DNA of 64,000 nt from Asterias rubens (Eukaryota), in contig NC_047078.1 of the NCBI RefSeq assembly GCF_902459465.1, forward strand, positions 5,084,001 to 5,148,000, given 5' to 3'. The position numbers and the translations under genes were made by a program. The notes under the pieces are model-generated. The model saw only the letters and a list, made by a program, of their open reading frames with translations, had not been told where the DNA came from and did no database searches. Position 1 is the stretch's first letter. Every line of letters begins with the position of its first letter. Of this stretch, positions 50,720-61,359 are shown piece by piece.

Positions 50720-53419
50720 ATGTCTAACCAAAGTTGCGTTCGCTTGTTTCAGGAACTTAGGAAACTAAAAGAGAAAGCACTACGTTATTCGTATCATCGA
50801 GACAACTACAGGTTCTACACACTAACCCGTTTCATTCCCACAGGTTTACAGGTGAAATTTGACCCAGCCCTTGGGTCTTTGTGTACCCCACTCCGCAGAC
50901 AGTGGAACACCACACTCCATAGTACTTCACTTAGTCTCATTCGTATTCTAACAGAACACTGTGATGTTTGTCTCAACAGCTTCAACCGAGATATATCCTA
51001 TCTTGAAGCAGAACTTAGGTCCATCTGCTCAAGTGCCCGTTTTGAGCAATTCACCAGTGAGATCGATGCTGGTTTAACTAAACTTGAATCTGTTCTGATT
51101 TCTAGGAGAAATGGCAAGATTGGTCGTCTTGTCTCCAAACAGCAGCATCACAGACGGAGACGATTCAAACGCAATGTACCCACTGAAGCTGAACCGTCGG
51201 CCCCTCAATCCACAGTAATTAACCTCTCATCATGTACCCTTTCAGATGCAGAAAATGACCTTCTCTCCAAGGGACTTAACTTCTGCCCCACTCCTCCCAC
51301 AGTTAATCAGGCTGAGCTTAGTCAGGACCTAACTGACTACTACCGTAGAATTCGACTCCGTGAATTCTTCCTCGACTCACCACCCATAGATCCTGAGCCA
51401 TTTTACTGTAAGAGTAAATGGGTACCACCTAAGAACCGTGTTCCTTCCCTTGAAACTTACGTGCAGGTTGTTAGCTCACAAATTAACTCGAATGATCTTT
51501 CTACCCACAGGACTCATGACAACCTCCCTAGAGAAGAGCGTGAGGCTCTTAAGACTCTACGAGCACGGAAAGATATCATCATCAAGCCAGCCGACAAGGG
51601 CTCTGCTGTTGTTGTCATGGGCCGCCAGCAATACATCGATGAAGCCATGAGACAACTGAACAACCAAACTAATTATAAACCACTTGACACTGATCCAACA
51701 GGCACCTTCTCAAAGGAGATTCAACTAACACTGGACGAAATGCATGACCGTGACAACCTCTCCAAGAAAGCTCACAAGTTTCTCTCCCCGGTCGACTGTA
51801 GAACAGCCAGGTTTTACCTCCTTCCAAAGATACATAAACCAGACAACCCAGGAAGACCCATCATATCTGGCAATGGTTCCCCCACTGAGAACATTTCTCT
51901 TTTTGTTGACAGTTTTCTCAAGCCGTTAATGCCGCAGATTCCATCATACATTCATGACACTCCAGATTTTCTCCGCAAAATCGCAGGTATTCAGAAGCAG
52001 GTCCCTAATACAGCCATCATCGGTACTTTTGATGTAACCTCTCTATACACCAACATTCCCCAAGATGAAGGGATTGCTGCCTGCTCTTCAGCTCTGGCTA
52101 AGAGTGGTCACACATCACCGCCCATTTCAGACATTGTATCCCTCATGCAACATGTTCTAACAAAAAACAACTTTTCTTTCATGGGTAAGAATTTCCTACA
52201 GGTACAGGGCACTGCAATGGGCACACGTATGGCACCATCAATGGCGTGCCTTTTCATGAGCCATCTTGAACAGCGCATGTTGGCATCAGCCCCTTGCCGT
52301 CCCTGGGTCTGGTGGCGCTATATCGATGACATCTTTTTCATCTGGACAAGCGATGAAGCAAGCCTCAAAGCTTTTATTAATCACATAAATTCCTTCCACA
52401 GGACCATCAAATTCACGAGCGAATACTCAACCAAGGATACACACTTTCTGGATGTCAAGGTTCTCAAGACGGATGTAGGCTTAACCACAGATCTCTTCGT
52501 TAAACCCACAGATAAACACCAATACCTACATTCCACTAGCTGTCACCCCCGACACTGCAAAACCAGCATAGCCTACAGTCAGGCCCTCAGACTCCGTCGA
52601 ATCTGTTCTAATGATTCTGATTTTATCCACCACTCACAGGAACTTAAGAAACACCTTGTTTCCAGGGGTCATAGCTCTCTAGCAGTCCATCGAGCTATCC
52701 AGAAAGTCAAGGCTCGTTCTAGGGAGTCAGTACTTTCCAAAGGACCCAAGAAACAACAGAGTCCTACGGGGAAAGTTCCTTTTGTTGTCACTTTCCACCC
52801 CTCACTTCCTCCCATTCGTAAAATAACCAGTTCTAACCATCATATTCTTCACACATCAGATCGACTTCAACGTGCTGTGCAGGAAGAACCCATAGTTGCC
52901 TACAGACGCCCACCAAGTCTCAGGGATCTCATTGTCCGAGCAGAAGTCCCTCCCATTAATGATGATGTTAATCCCCCTCTACCACAGGGAACTTTTAGGT
53001 GTTCCAACATCTCCAAATGCATCGTCTGTAGACAACACATCAGGGAATCGGACTCCTTCACCAGTAACACCGGCGGTACCACCCATAAGACAAGGGGTCA
53101 TGTCACCTGCACCACCACTAATCTCATTTATCTCATATCTTGCAGAGTCTGTGGTGTTCAATATATAGGTGAAACAAGAACTACACTCAAGAGGCGTTTC
53201 TACGGCCACAGATCTACAGTCAAGACCCAAAAGCTAGATACACCTGTAGGTCATCACTTCAATCTTCCTAATCACTCCATTTCTGACATGATCTTACAGG
53301 GCATAGAGGCACTAGGCAACCACAGAGAGACTGTGCGTTTGAGTAGGGAGAAACTCTGGATTAGACGCCTCCAGACCATTCAACCCCATGGTCTGAACAT
53401 CCAAGAAGGAAACGACTAA
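50720..53419 (+). CDS. PLE polyprotein: reverse transcriptase + Cys-rich linker + GIY-YIG endonuclease (899 aa)
   Basis: Uninterrupted ORF with FDVTSLYTNIP, QGTAMG and WWRYIDDIF RT motifs, CSNISKCIVC linker, and NLIYLISCRVCGVQYIGET...RFYGH...RE..WI GIY-YIG. First ATG follows the acceptor ttttctctacag (50690). Confidence 0.95.
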   Translation: MSNQSCVRLFQELRKLKEKALRYSYHRDNYRFYTLTRFIPTGLQVKFDPALGSLCTPLRRQWNTTLHSTSLSLIRILTEHCDVCLNSFNRDISYLEAELRSICSSARFEQFTSEIDAGLTKLESVLISRRNGKIGRLVSKQQHHRRRRFKRNVPTEAEPSAPQSTVINLSSCTLSDAENDLLSKGLNFCPTPPTVNQAELSQDLTDYYRRIRLREFFLDSPPIDPEPFYCKSKWVPPKNRVPSLETYVQVVSSQINSNDLSTHRTHDNLPREEREALKTLRARKDIIIKPADKGSAVVVMGRQQYIDEAMRQLNNQTNYKPLDTDPTGTFSKEIQLTLDEMHDRDNLSKKAHKFLSPVDCRTARFYLLPKIHKPDNPGRPIISGNGSPTENISLFVDSFLKPLMPQIPSYIHDTPDFLRKIAGIQKQVPNTAIIGTFDVTSLYTNIPQDEGIAACSSALAKSGHTSPPISDIVSLMQHVLTKNNFSFMGKNFLQVQGTAMGTRMAPSMACLFMSHLEQRMLASAPCRPWVWWRYIDDIFFIWTSDEASLKAFINHINSFHRTIKFTSEYSTKDTHFLDVKVLKTDVGLTTDLFVKPTDKHQYLHSTSCHPRHCKTSIAYSQALRLRRICSNDSDFIHHSQELKKHLVSRGHSSLAVHRAIQKVKARSRESVLSKGPKKQQSPTGKVPFVVTFHPSLPPIRKITSSNHHILHTSDRLQRAVQEEPIVAYRRPPSLRDLIVRAEVPPINDDVNPPLPQGTFRCSNISKCIVCRQHIRESDSFTSNTGGTTHKTRGHVTCTTTNLIYLISCRVCGVQYIGETRTTLKRRFYGHRSTVKTQKLDTPVGHHFNLPNHSISDMILQGIEALGNHRETVRLSREKLWIRRLQTIQPHGLNIQEGND

Positions 53420-53721
53420 TAAACCTTTTGTTTTGCCGTCTCCTTTTTTCCCCACAGCCTTTTTAGCCTGAGCCTCATTCACTAATATAAATTACTTTTT
53501 ACCCAACCTCACCACCCTCGATGTTGTCCTTTGTGTTTCCATATTCTTGCTTGTGGTCAAGCCAGCCCCCTTCCCTTCACCCCCCCCCCCCTTTTTTGTC
53601 CCCCTATTCATTGTTTACCCCCTGCTTTTTTATGTATGCTTTCTAACCCCATTCATGTATTTCCACTTCACTGCTTATGTTTCACTTAGTTACCTGTTCA
53701 TGTTTGTTGTGTTGTCATTTA

Positions 53722-53760
53722 GCCTTCGAGAAAGACTCTGCTAGGGTCGAAACGTCAGGC
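53722..53760 (+). ncRNA. Minimal hammerhead ribozyme-like motif, variant core
   Basis: GCCT-TCGAGAAA-GACTCT-GCT-AGGGTC-GAAACG-TC-AGGC. PLE pLTRs are known to carry minimal dimer-type hammerheads. Confidence 0.7.
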
Positions 53761-54056
53761 CATTAACTATTTTTTGTCTTGAAGAGTAGGACAGTTCCTT
53801 TAAGAACTGAGAAGTTTCCCAAGAAAACCTACTCCGCGTTGGAAGTTCTTTAAAGAAAAATATAATCAACCCAGCAAGTAGATATTGGTGTTACCACAAA
53901 CCAAATAATATTGATACCTCACCATGTAATGCCTCAAATCCCTCATACTGTTATCTTACCACATCAATAGCGTTTACATTGAAACATTTCCGAACACAAG
54001 TCAGGAAATGAAAACACATCACTCATTGTAACATTAATAATTAATTTGTCCGATAG

Positions 54057-54392
54057 TCAACTTTGCTGTTCAGACTGATGGAAAACGTACTCCGGGAGAA
54101 GGGGAGAACGCCACTTTACCGTGCTCTGTGATCGACAGCGGCACAACTGACAAGAGAAACTTTACCTTTGAGTGGTCACTCCACAACACCATACTGCAGT
54201 CTTGCAGTTCATCAGGCGAGGTCTTTTATTCCGTCGACCAGACGGTAAAGTACGCGCTTCATCACGGCAAGACAAGCTGTAATCTTACGGTAATAAAAGT
54301 AAACTTAAACGATGGAGGAGGATACCAATGTGACGTCCATGACACTTTCTACAACCAGTCCAACTACAATTCTACAGAAATTGTCGTCCGGG
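54057..54392 (+). CDS. IgSF gene 2 exon: Ig domain 2 (V-set)
   Basis: Acceptor atttgtccgatag, phase 1-1, donor G|gtaagt. GENATLPC...FEW...CNLTVIKVNLNDGGGYQC canonical V-set pattern. Confidence 0.85.
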
Positions 54393-55191
54393 GTAAGTTT
54401 GCAAATATTGCATGGTATCTTAAACAAGCGGGAAAGCCGGGTCAGTTACTTGTCTCGTGACAATAAGTTTGCAAGTTGTGTAAAAGTAAAGTGGTTGCCA
54501 AAAACAGATATTAGGTGCCTGTAATAAAGAGTTCATTCTTTTTGCAATTTAAACCGAAAACCAGCATGTGCCATCTCAGAGGAGATTTTAGTTGTGTGAC
54601 TTCATACAACGTGTCCATTTTACTTCATCCAAATAGAGCGGCAGCCCAGAGCACTTTGGTTAAAGGAACGAGGTACCAATATTTGAGTATACAGGAACAT
54701 TTAGGGGATAACTGCCGGGGACCCCCCGCTGTGTGTAACGCATGGACCCCCAACAAAGAGACAAAATAATGGGCTGAATCAAACATTCTAGGTACCACAT
54801 GAAACCAAGTGGAAATGGTCATTAACATCATGCTTAGAAAAAAATTTCAACCGCCAGACAAATTTTCTGCTGCATTAGGGCCTGCCAGAGACCCCCTCCC
54901 CCAAATATTTAGTGTACACACCTAAGGGTTGAAATTAACCAGTTGTCAAATTAGCTCAGATTTACATGAAACTTTACTAACAGTCCCACTATGGCTAAAA
55001 TGAACACAAACAAAAAAACAAATCCATACTCTATACCGTTTCCGAGATACAGCCTCTTAAAATATGCTAAAATCTCCCCCTTTTGGAGCTCCGCCCCCGG
55101 CCGACACCGCGCGTCGTGGTGGTATTCTTTTCAAACTTTAAGAGCCCGTAATTGTATTTTTTTAACGTTCGACAAAAGGGCATTTGTGAAC

Positions 55192-55690
55192 GGGAATAAA
55201 AGAGTAGTGACTTGCTCTTAAACTTCCGTTTAAAACCTTACAGGGTCGTTGCCGTGCTTTATCACACGGCAACGACCCTGCCGGTTTTAAACGGCCGTTA
55301 AAGAACTGGTCGCTACCCTTTTATTCCCTTATTAATTACGTTTAAATTTGCTTTTATAAAGATGATCCATTATCGACGGCAAACTCATTAAAATGATGTT
55401 GGATCAACCACGAAAGCAGCAAAAGGTAAAACTGCCATATTACAGGGTCGTTGCCGTGCGATAAAGGCCATCGCCTTCGGCTTGGGCCTTTATCACACGG
55501 CAACGAAACTGCCGGTTTAAACGGCCGTTAAAAAACTCATCGCTACCCTTTTATTCCCTTATCAATTACATTTAAGTTTGCTTTCATAAAGATGGTCCAT
55601 TATCGACGACAAACTCATTGAATGATGTTGGATCGACAGAATTGCAAACCTTAACCACGAAAACAGCAAAAGGTAAAACTGCTATATTTT
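55192..55690. repeat. Palindromic repeat, partly tandem-duplicated (possibly a Crypton-like non-autonomous element)
   Basis: gggaataaaag..gac / gtcgctaccctttattccc arms, inner cagggtcgttgccgtg / cacggcaacgaccctg, and a central gccttcggc hairpin in the second unit. Confidence 0.55.
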
Positions 55691-56083
55691 CCTTCCGTAA
55701 CTTGGTTGTAAAATACATTCTCATATACTGGATCCATCTGATCGTCAAGAGAGTATTTCAAGAAAGTTCTTGTGGCCATATCTGCTCAACGCATTAACAA
55801 CAAATCATATTTCTTTCTCTCACTGGTTGTACTGACCTGTTTCATGAAAACAAACTCCGCGGTCCAGTGGTCTGCACCCAGCAAGCACATACACCGGCAA
55901 AAAGAAAAGAAAACACAGTTCACACAGTTCCTTAATGGAAGAATGCTGAGCATTTTAATTCAAGCAGTCATGACGATATTTGTAATGATGGTTGTATTCT
56001 AAAAGTATAACTGAAATAAGTTTTTCATCGTGCACGGCAGACTGACTAGTTTTCATATTTATTTTGTATTTGTCATGTCAAAG

Positions 56084-56227
56084 GGTTAGCTACTACTGCA
56101 TCTGTTCCAGTTGCACCTGTTTCTAGAAATGGCTTTGTTTTAATCATAGCCGCATCATCAGCTGGACTGTTGGCAATGGTGATCGTAATCAGCCTGATAG
56201 TGGTTGCATTAAGGCTACATAAAAAAC
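56084..56227 (+). CDS. IgSF gene 2 exon: stalk + transmembrane helix
   Basis: GLATTASVPVAPVSRNGFVLIIAASSAGLLAMVIVISLIVVALRLHKK, phase 1-1, donor C|gtaaga. Confidence 0.82.
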
Positions 56228-57030
56228 GTAAGACTTTATATTCAAGTTGGGAATTTTGGAATCGTGTACTGACGAAACCTTTGTTTAAATAGTTAGAACT
56301 ACCACAAATAGAAAACTATAAGCCATTATGAGGTATAGTGGCCACAGTACTATAGTAGGTTTGGGTAAATCTGATCATATCTAAACCAAATCGAACAGTT
56401 CAATGCCAAAGTGTCCACCATTATTCAACAAGGCTATTGCTTGCAGTAGCATTGTCGCTACAGCCAATCTAACCGTCATCATTGTTGTTGTTTATTTCAC
56501 ACTTCCAATGCAAAATTATGTGGTGAACAAAATCATGAAGCAGATTGCAATTGCTACACTTCGCGTATTTGTTTTTTATTTTAGTAATTAAAGATCACAA
56601 ACAATAGAGTGTAGTAAATGGCTTTGTTATATTAGGGTTATTAGAAAAACAAACGTGTGGGACACTTCTTGGTCGGTCCCGAGGAGTGTAAAAAAAAAAC
56701 GAGTAAAGTTAAGAAAAGTGGAAACAAAGTTACAACTCTCACGTCATCAAGACACTTACGAAAGAGTTATTATTCATATTAATAACGTCCTCAACCTCTA
56801 CTACAATTTTTGTTTTGCCCTTTTCCTAATACTAGCAGTCTCAATGACATATAATACTGCTCATGATGAGTGACTTGTTATTTATAAAAGTATAGAGATA
56901 TTGTCACATCTGCTTTTATTTGAAATTATGCTATTTCAGGGGCCGATATTTTGTGCATGATATGTTTATTCAATACTTCGATAGTGTTAGAAAGATACAA
57001 GTCTAATTGCATGACTTTATTTTTGTTTAG

Positions 57031-57058
57031 GTTATTCAGCGATTCCTGCAAGTCAAAC
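57031..57058 (+). CDS. IgSF gene 2: 28-nt cytoplasmic micro-exon (RYSAIPASQ)
   Basis: Acceptor ttttgtttag, donor gtaagt. Phase 1 to 2 bridges the flanking exons exactly. Confidence 0.65.
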
Positions 57059-57511
57059 GTAAGTAACGATGCTCAGGAAAACATGCATATTTGATGGCTC
57101 ATTTCAAGTTTTCCCTCTTGTTTTGGGGTGTTCTTTCAAAGTCAATAACTAAATATTCCTGTATTGTGTGTTCCCAACCAACATTATTGCCAAGTTATAT
57201 TATTTGAAGTATACATTGTATTATATAGTAGCTCCTTTTCATGATTCGTTTGTTTCGTTATCAAAAAGAAATGAAAGAAAAGTTAACTAAAACAAACATA
57301 GGATGAAAGCAAAATCAATGGTCCTCATTTGGGTCTTGGGTTCAAATCACAAATGAAAAACCAATTGATTTGTCTCCCATCCCATGTTTGGTTATTTCAC
57401 TTCGATTGTGATTATAGGCATGCACTAATTAATAATGTGTTTGGGAACTAAAACAATAATTAAGTGAAAGTAAATAAACTGGTAAAAGGTGGTGTGTTTT
57501 TTCTCACGCAG

Positions 57512-57609
57512 ATTTGTTGCGAGCACAGCTTCTGTTACTTTCAGAGCAGGCCACTCACAAGGAAACGCGCACACAATCTCACCGATTCAACCGAACGGAG
57601 GAGAGCAAG
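57512..57609 (+). CDS. IgSF gene 2 cytoplasmic exon
   Basis: Acceptor ttttctcacgcag, phase 2 to 1. TFVASTASVTFRAGHSQGNAHTISPIQPNGGEQ. Confidence 0.65.
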
Positions 57610-57713
57610 GTAAACATTTTGGTTTCAAATGAAACGAGGTCTATTTCTACCTTCATGATTAAAGGCACTTGGGTCGATTTCTAAAGGCACTTGGGTCGAT
57701 TTCTAAAGGCACT

Positions 57714-60700
57714 GGGGTCGATTTTACAAAGAGTTAGGAGTCATAACTTAGAACTTGTGTCCTAAGAGATATCATAACTCGAGATAAGACTATAGTCTTA
57801 AGTGTAAGATTTTGTAAGGTTCATGCAGGCTGTTTAAAAAGTTGAAAGATGAAGGTCGGCGAATTTCAATTATATTTTGGGGATCATCAAGGGGGGTGAA
57901 TGGTTCCCCATTGGCAACGTTAAAAAAATCATGGCACCCCTCTGTTAGCTTGGGCGAGACCCCCCTGAATTTGGACACCTCCAATGCAAAGAAAATAGTG
58001 TTTTTTACTGAAATTACCCTAAATTCTATCTTTACAGAAAAGTGCTCTAAACCCAACCAATTTTTACAATTTTTGGGTCATGTCTGTAGTGTTTTATATA
58101 TAATAACATAGCATTTCTTGAATTTGCTTGTTAGGTTTAGGAATTTTGCTAGTGAATTTTGAAAATGGCATAAAAATTACGTTTTTTAAATTACGCAAAA
58201 CTTCCGAAATTACTGAAATTTGAATTCAATGTACTTTCTTTATTCAGGCTAGTTCAACATTGAAACTCACATTTGTAAGAGGTTATGTTGTGTACTTGAA
58301 GGATATTAAGTTGAACATTTGGGTTTTTTCAAAATTGTTGGGGTAGGGAATTTTGTATATGGGTTATATTTACCCTTATTTGGAAGCAACAAATAGTGTT
58401 TTCCAGTTTAAATTGAGTTACCGCTTCCTTTTTATTGACACTTTTGAGTTCTAATAACTAAATAGATACAAAGCATCATTGTTCTTTGATAAAAAAATAC
58501 ATTTTAACGAATTTGGAACATTACATTCCATTTACTCAAGGGAGAACCTATTCTACTTTCACATTCACAAGTCAGTGAATGCATGCAATGGTATAGACGC
58601 TGTGACGATATCAGAAACATTTGCAGTTGTAATAGCATTTCAAACTTCTGATCTATAACACTTTTGAGACATATGACATAAATAAATCAGTTTTACCTGT
58701 TATACCTTTTTATATTTCTGATTCATTTACATTGGAAAAAAATATAAAACAGTTACTTTTGATAATACACTGTACTCTGTTAATTATAAGCCTTTTGTAT
58801 TTTGGTCCTTGCTAATCGTCATAAACACTTTTCAGCATAAACTGATTTGCGAAGTCTTTCTTCGTTCTCTGAACTTTCCCAAGAACGAAAGTCTTCTTCA
58901 CTGGCATCTACACCACATCATGGTGACCCTGGCCTGCTTGATGCCTTATCTGAGCAGCTGCAAGCCTACTCAAAAACTTGAAATTTGTTTTGCAGTCCGC
59001 CATTCTGCGGGAAGGAAAACAAACTGACCGTTAATATTTTTCAAGGTTTTCATGACTTTTGCAACTTACATGACATCGGCTTTGTGCCCAGTTCTTATAC
59101 CTGCGTTGAACAAATCAGTCAGAAAAAATTTGACATTTTCAGACAAAGCTGATCCCTTTCTTGGACCTTTCAATGCCCATCCCATGTTCTGTATTATCAT
59201 TTTCCCAGCTGATCAAGCTGCAGTACCTGAGCTGGTGCTAGACTCTTTCTCAGCTGCTGGTATCAGAGGCACTGAATCTTTGTCCGCCCACTGCTTTCTT
59301 ATGCGATCGTACGTTGATTCCTGCTCAAGTTTTTTTACATGAACTCCAGTATCCATGTGGATATTTACTTATTGAGGTGTTCGAAAGCATAGGTAGCAAC
59401 CTGGTTCTTAACAAGAAAACAGGTTTGATCTACCTGTCCTGCCTGGCATCGATGTCCTTGGCATGGTTCCCAACTCTCGTGGTGGCTCAAAATCTCAAGG
59501 GATGTGTTCCCTCGGAATTTTTTCCCATTGCTTCTATTTCGAAGTCTTTACCAGTTCCTATTTCATATGCCTTCCATGCACGAATTTCCTTATCGCGGAA
59601 TTCAAAGTTATTCAGCAGACTTATTCTTTCCCACTTGCCACTCCCCTCTTGTCTCTGTTAGTTGGTTTGACAAACAGCAGTTTGGCATCCTTTGATGCCA
59701 CCATGGGAGTCTAGAGCTTCCTTCATCTGTTCTGCATTTGTAATGTCATGCTTTTCATTTACCCAGAATTTCATATGTGATTTCATAGGTGATATCTTCT
59801 GGTCACAAATGTCTTTACCAGATTGTGCATCTGAAAAGTCAAAGCGGCATATCTCTGTCCTTCCTCTATGCTTTAGGCCAACACTCTCAGGAATACTGGG
59901 CAATGCTAGCAGTAAGTGAGCATTATCATAACACCTGGCGTTATCATTGCGGAGAAATACTTTTCCGATGTTGGTGTTATCTTTCTTTGCGGTCTTTAGC
60001 AGTTTTTCAATTATGTTTGCCACTGTATACCAATCCTGAATGCAGCTTTCAAAGATGTGTACATAACAATTGACATCAAAATCAGAACCATCCTCCTTCT
60101 TTGTGATGACGCAGCTGACGTGCCAGCTAATGCCACACTTCTCATAAAAATCTGTCATTTTTTCCCTATATCTCTGTGGCAGGTATTTCATGGCCCAGTC
60201 CATAATAATCAAGGCACCATCATTTCCAAGTTGACTGAGAACATTTTGTTTCCCAAGTTCTTGGTTTACTATTCTCAAAAGGTATCTTTTCCAAGAAAGT
60301 ATGTCCGACTCCAAGTAGTGAAAATTCATGAAGAACTCGGAATCTATCTATACTTCAGGCATTGTGTAGGCTTGAGCTTTACGCTTGATATCATTAAGTG
60401 TGGTTTGCAAGCCTTGACATCTATCACAAACACAATTCTAGTGTTTCTCCAAAAAATAAATTAAACTGAATATTAACTGTGATTAATTTCAGTTGAGGTG
60501 ATAACAAAAAGGATAAAACAGAAGAAGAAATAGACTGTAATGGTTTATAGCAACAAACTTCAATGGCCTACCCCGCGGTACTAGTAATTATAAAGCAATT
60601 GTTTACCCATAGATATAGCTTTAAAGCACCATTAAACATGTCATGGTCAAGGTCCATTTTTGTATTTTACTTTATCCTAATTGTTCAACTTGATTGCAAA

Positions 60701-61352
60701 ATAAATGAAATTTATTTTAAAATCATGTTTTTTTTAAAGGAAAGTCTAACTTGTTGCAAACTTGACAAAACACAAAATGGCAAATACTTCAAGACCTCTC
60801 ACTCAAGGAATAAATAAAAACCCACACTTTTGAAAGCATAGAGCTGTTGCTGAAGGGTGTGCAATATGTTTTTATCAAGGACGTTTGGAAATTAGCCTGA
60901 ATATAGAAAATATTTGAATTCAAAAAAGGGCAAAAAATCAATGTTTTCCCTTTTTTGAAATTTTGCAAAATGGAGTAATTTGGTGTAACAGAAAAAAAAT
61001 GTTGCTAAAGTAGTAACCATGTGTACTGTTGTGTATGCAAGCACAAAGGTATGCACATTAAAATTATTTTTGTTTGAGATCAATAGATTGCTTAGTTTTT
61101 CTGAAGTACCTTCTGTAAATTTGACGTAAAACTGTTTTTAAGCTCTTTCTTGTACATGATTCTGGGCTCATTTTTAGGAGGTACCATTATTTTCCAGGGG
61201 GGGTACTGCAGATTTTTTTAATATCATTTTTGTAAATAGTCTTCATAGTACATCAAAGTTGCAAAATGTAATTGGATTCCGCCGACCCCCATCTTTCACA
61301 CCTGCATGACCCTTAAAAAAACTTACACTTAACTCTTTGTGAAATCCAACCC
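57714..61352. mobile_element. Small hairpin MITE split by the Sola3-like insertion
   Basis: Left TIR ggggtcgattttacaaagagttaggag. The right TIR is reconstituted by joining ...gactatagtc|ttaa|ctctttgtgaaatccaaccc across the insertion. Confidence 0.7.
57802..61328 (-). mobile_element. Internally deleted DDE DNA transposon, Sola3-like (copy 2)
   Basis: TTAA TSD (57798-57801, 61329-61332). TIR gtgtaagattttgtaaggttcatgcagg / cctgcatgacccttaaaaaaacttacac. ORF 59658-60329 with DWAMKYLP, NDNARCY and QSGKDICD, continued by broken frames to ~58830. Confidence 0.85.
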
Positions 61353-61359
61353 TGGACAC

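Larger units (their letters stand above)
49626..53774 (+). mobile_element. Penelope-like retroelement (Neptune-type), recent insertion with inverted 5' pLTR
   Basis: 13-bp TSD tgtcttgaagagt at 49613-49625 and 53775-53787. 49626-50132 is the reverse complement of the ORF end/3' pLTR. Intact ORF. Confidence 0.95.
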
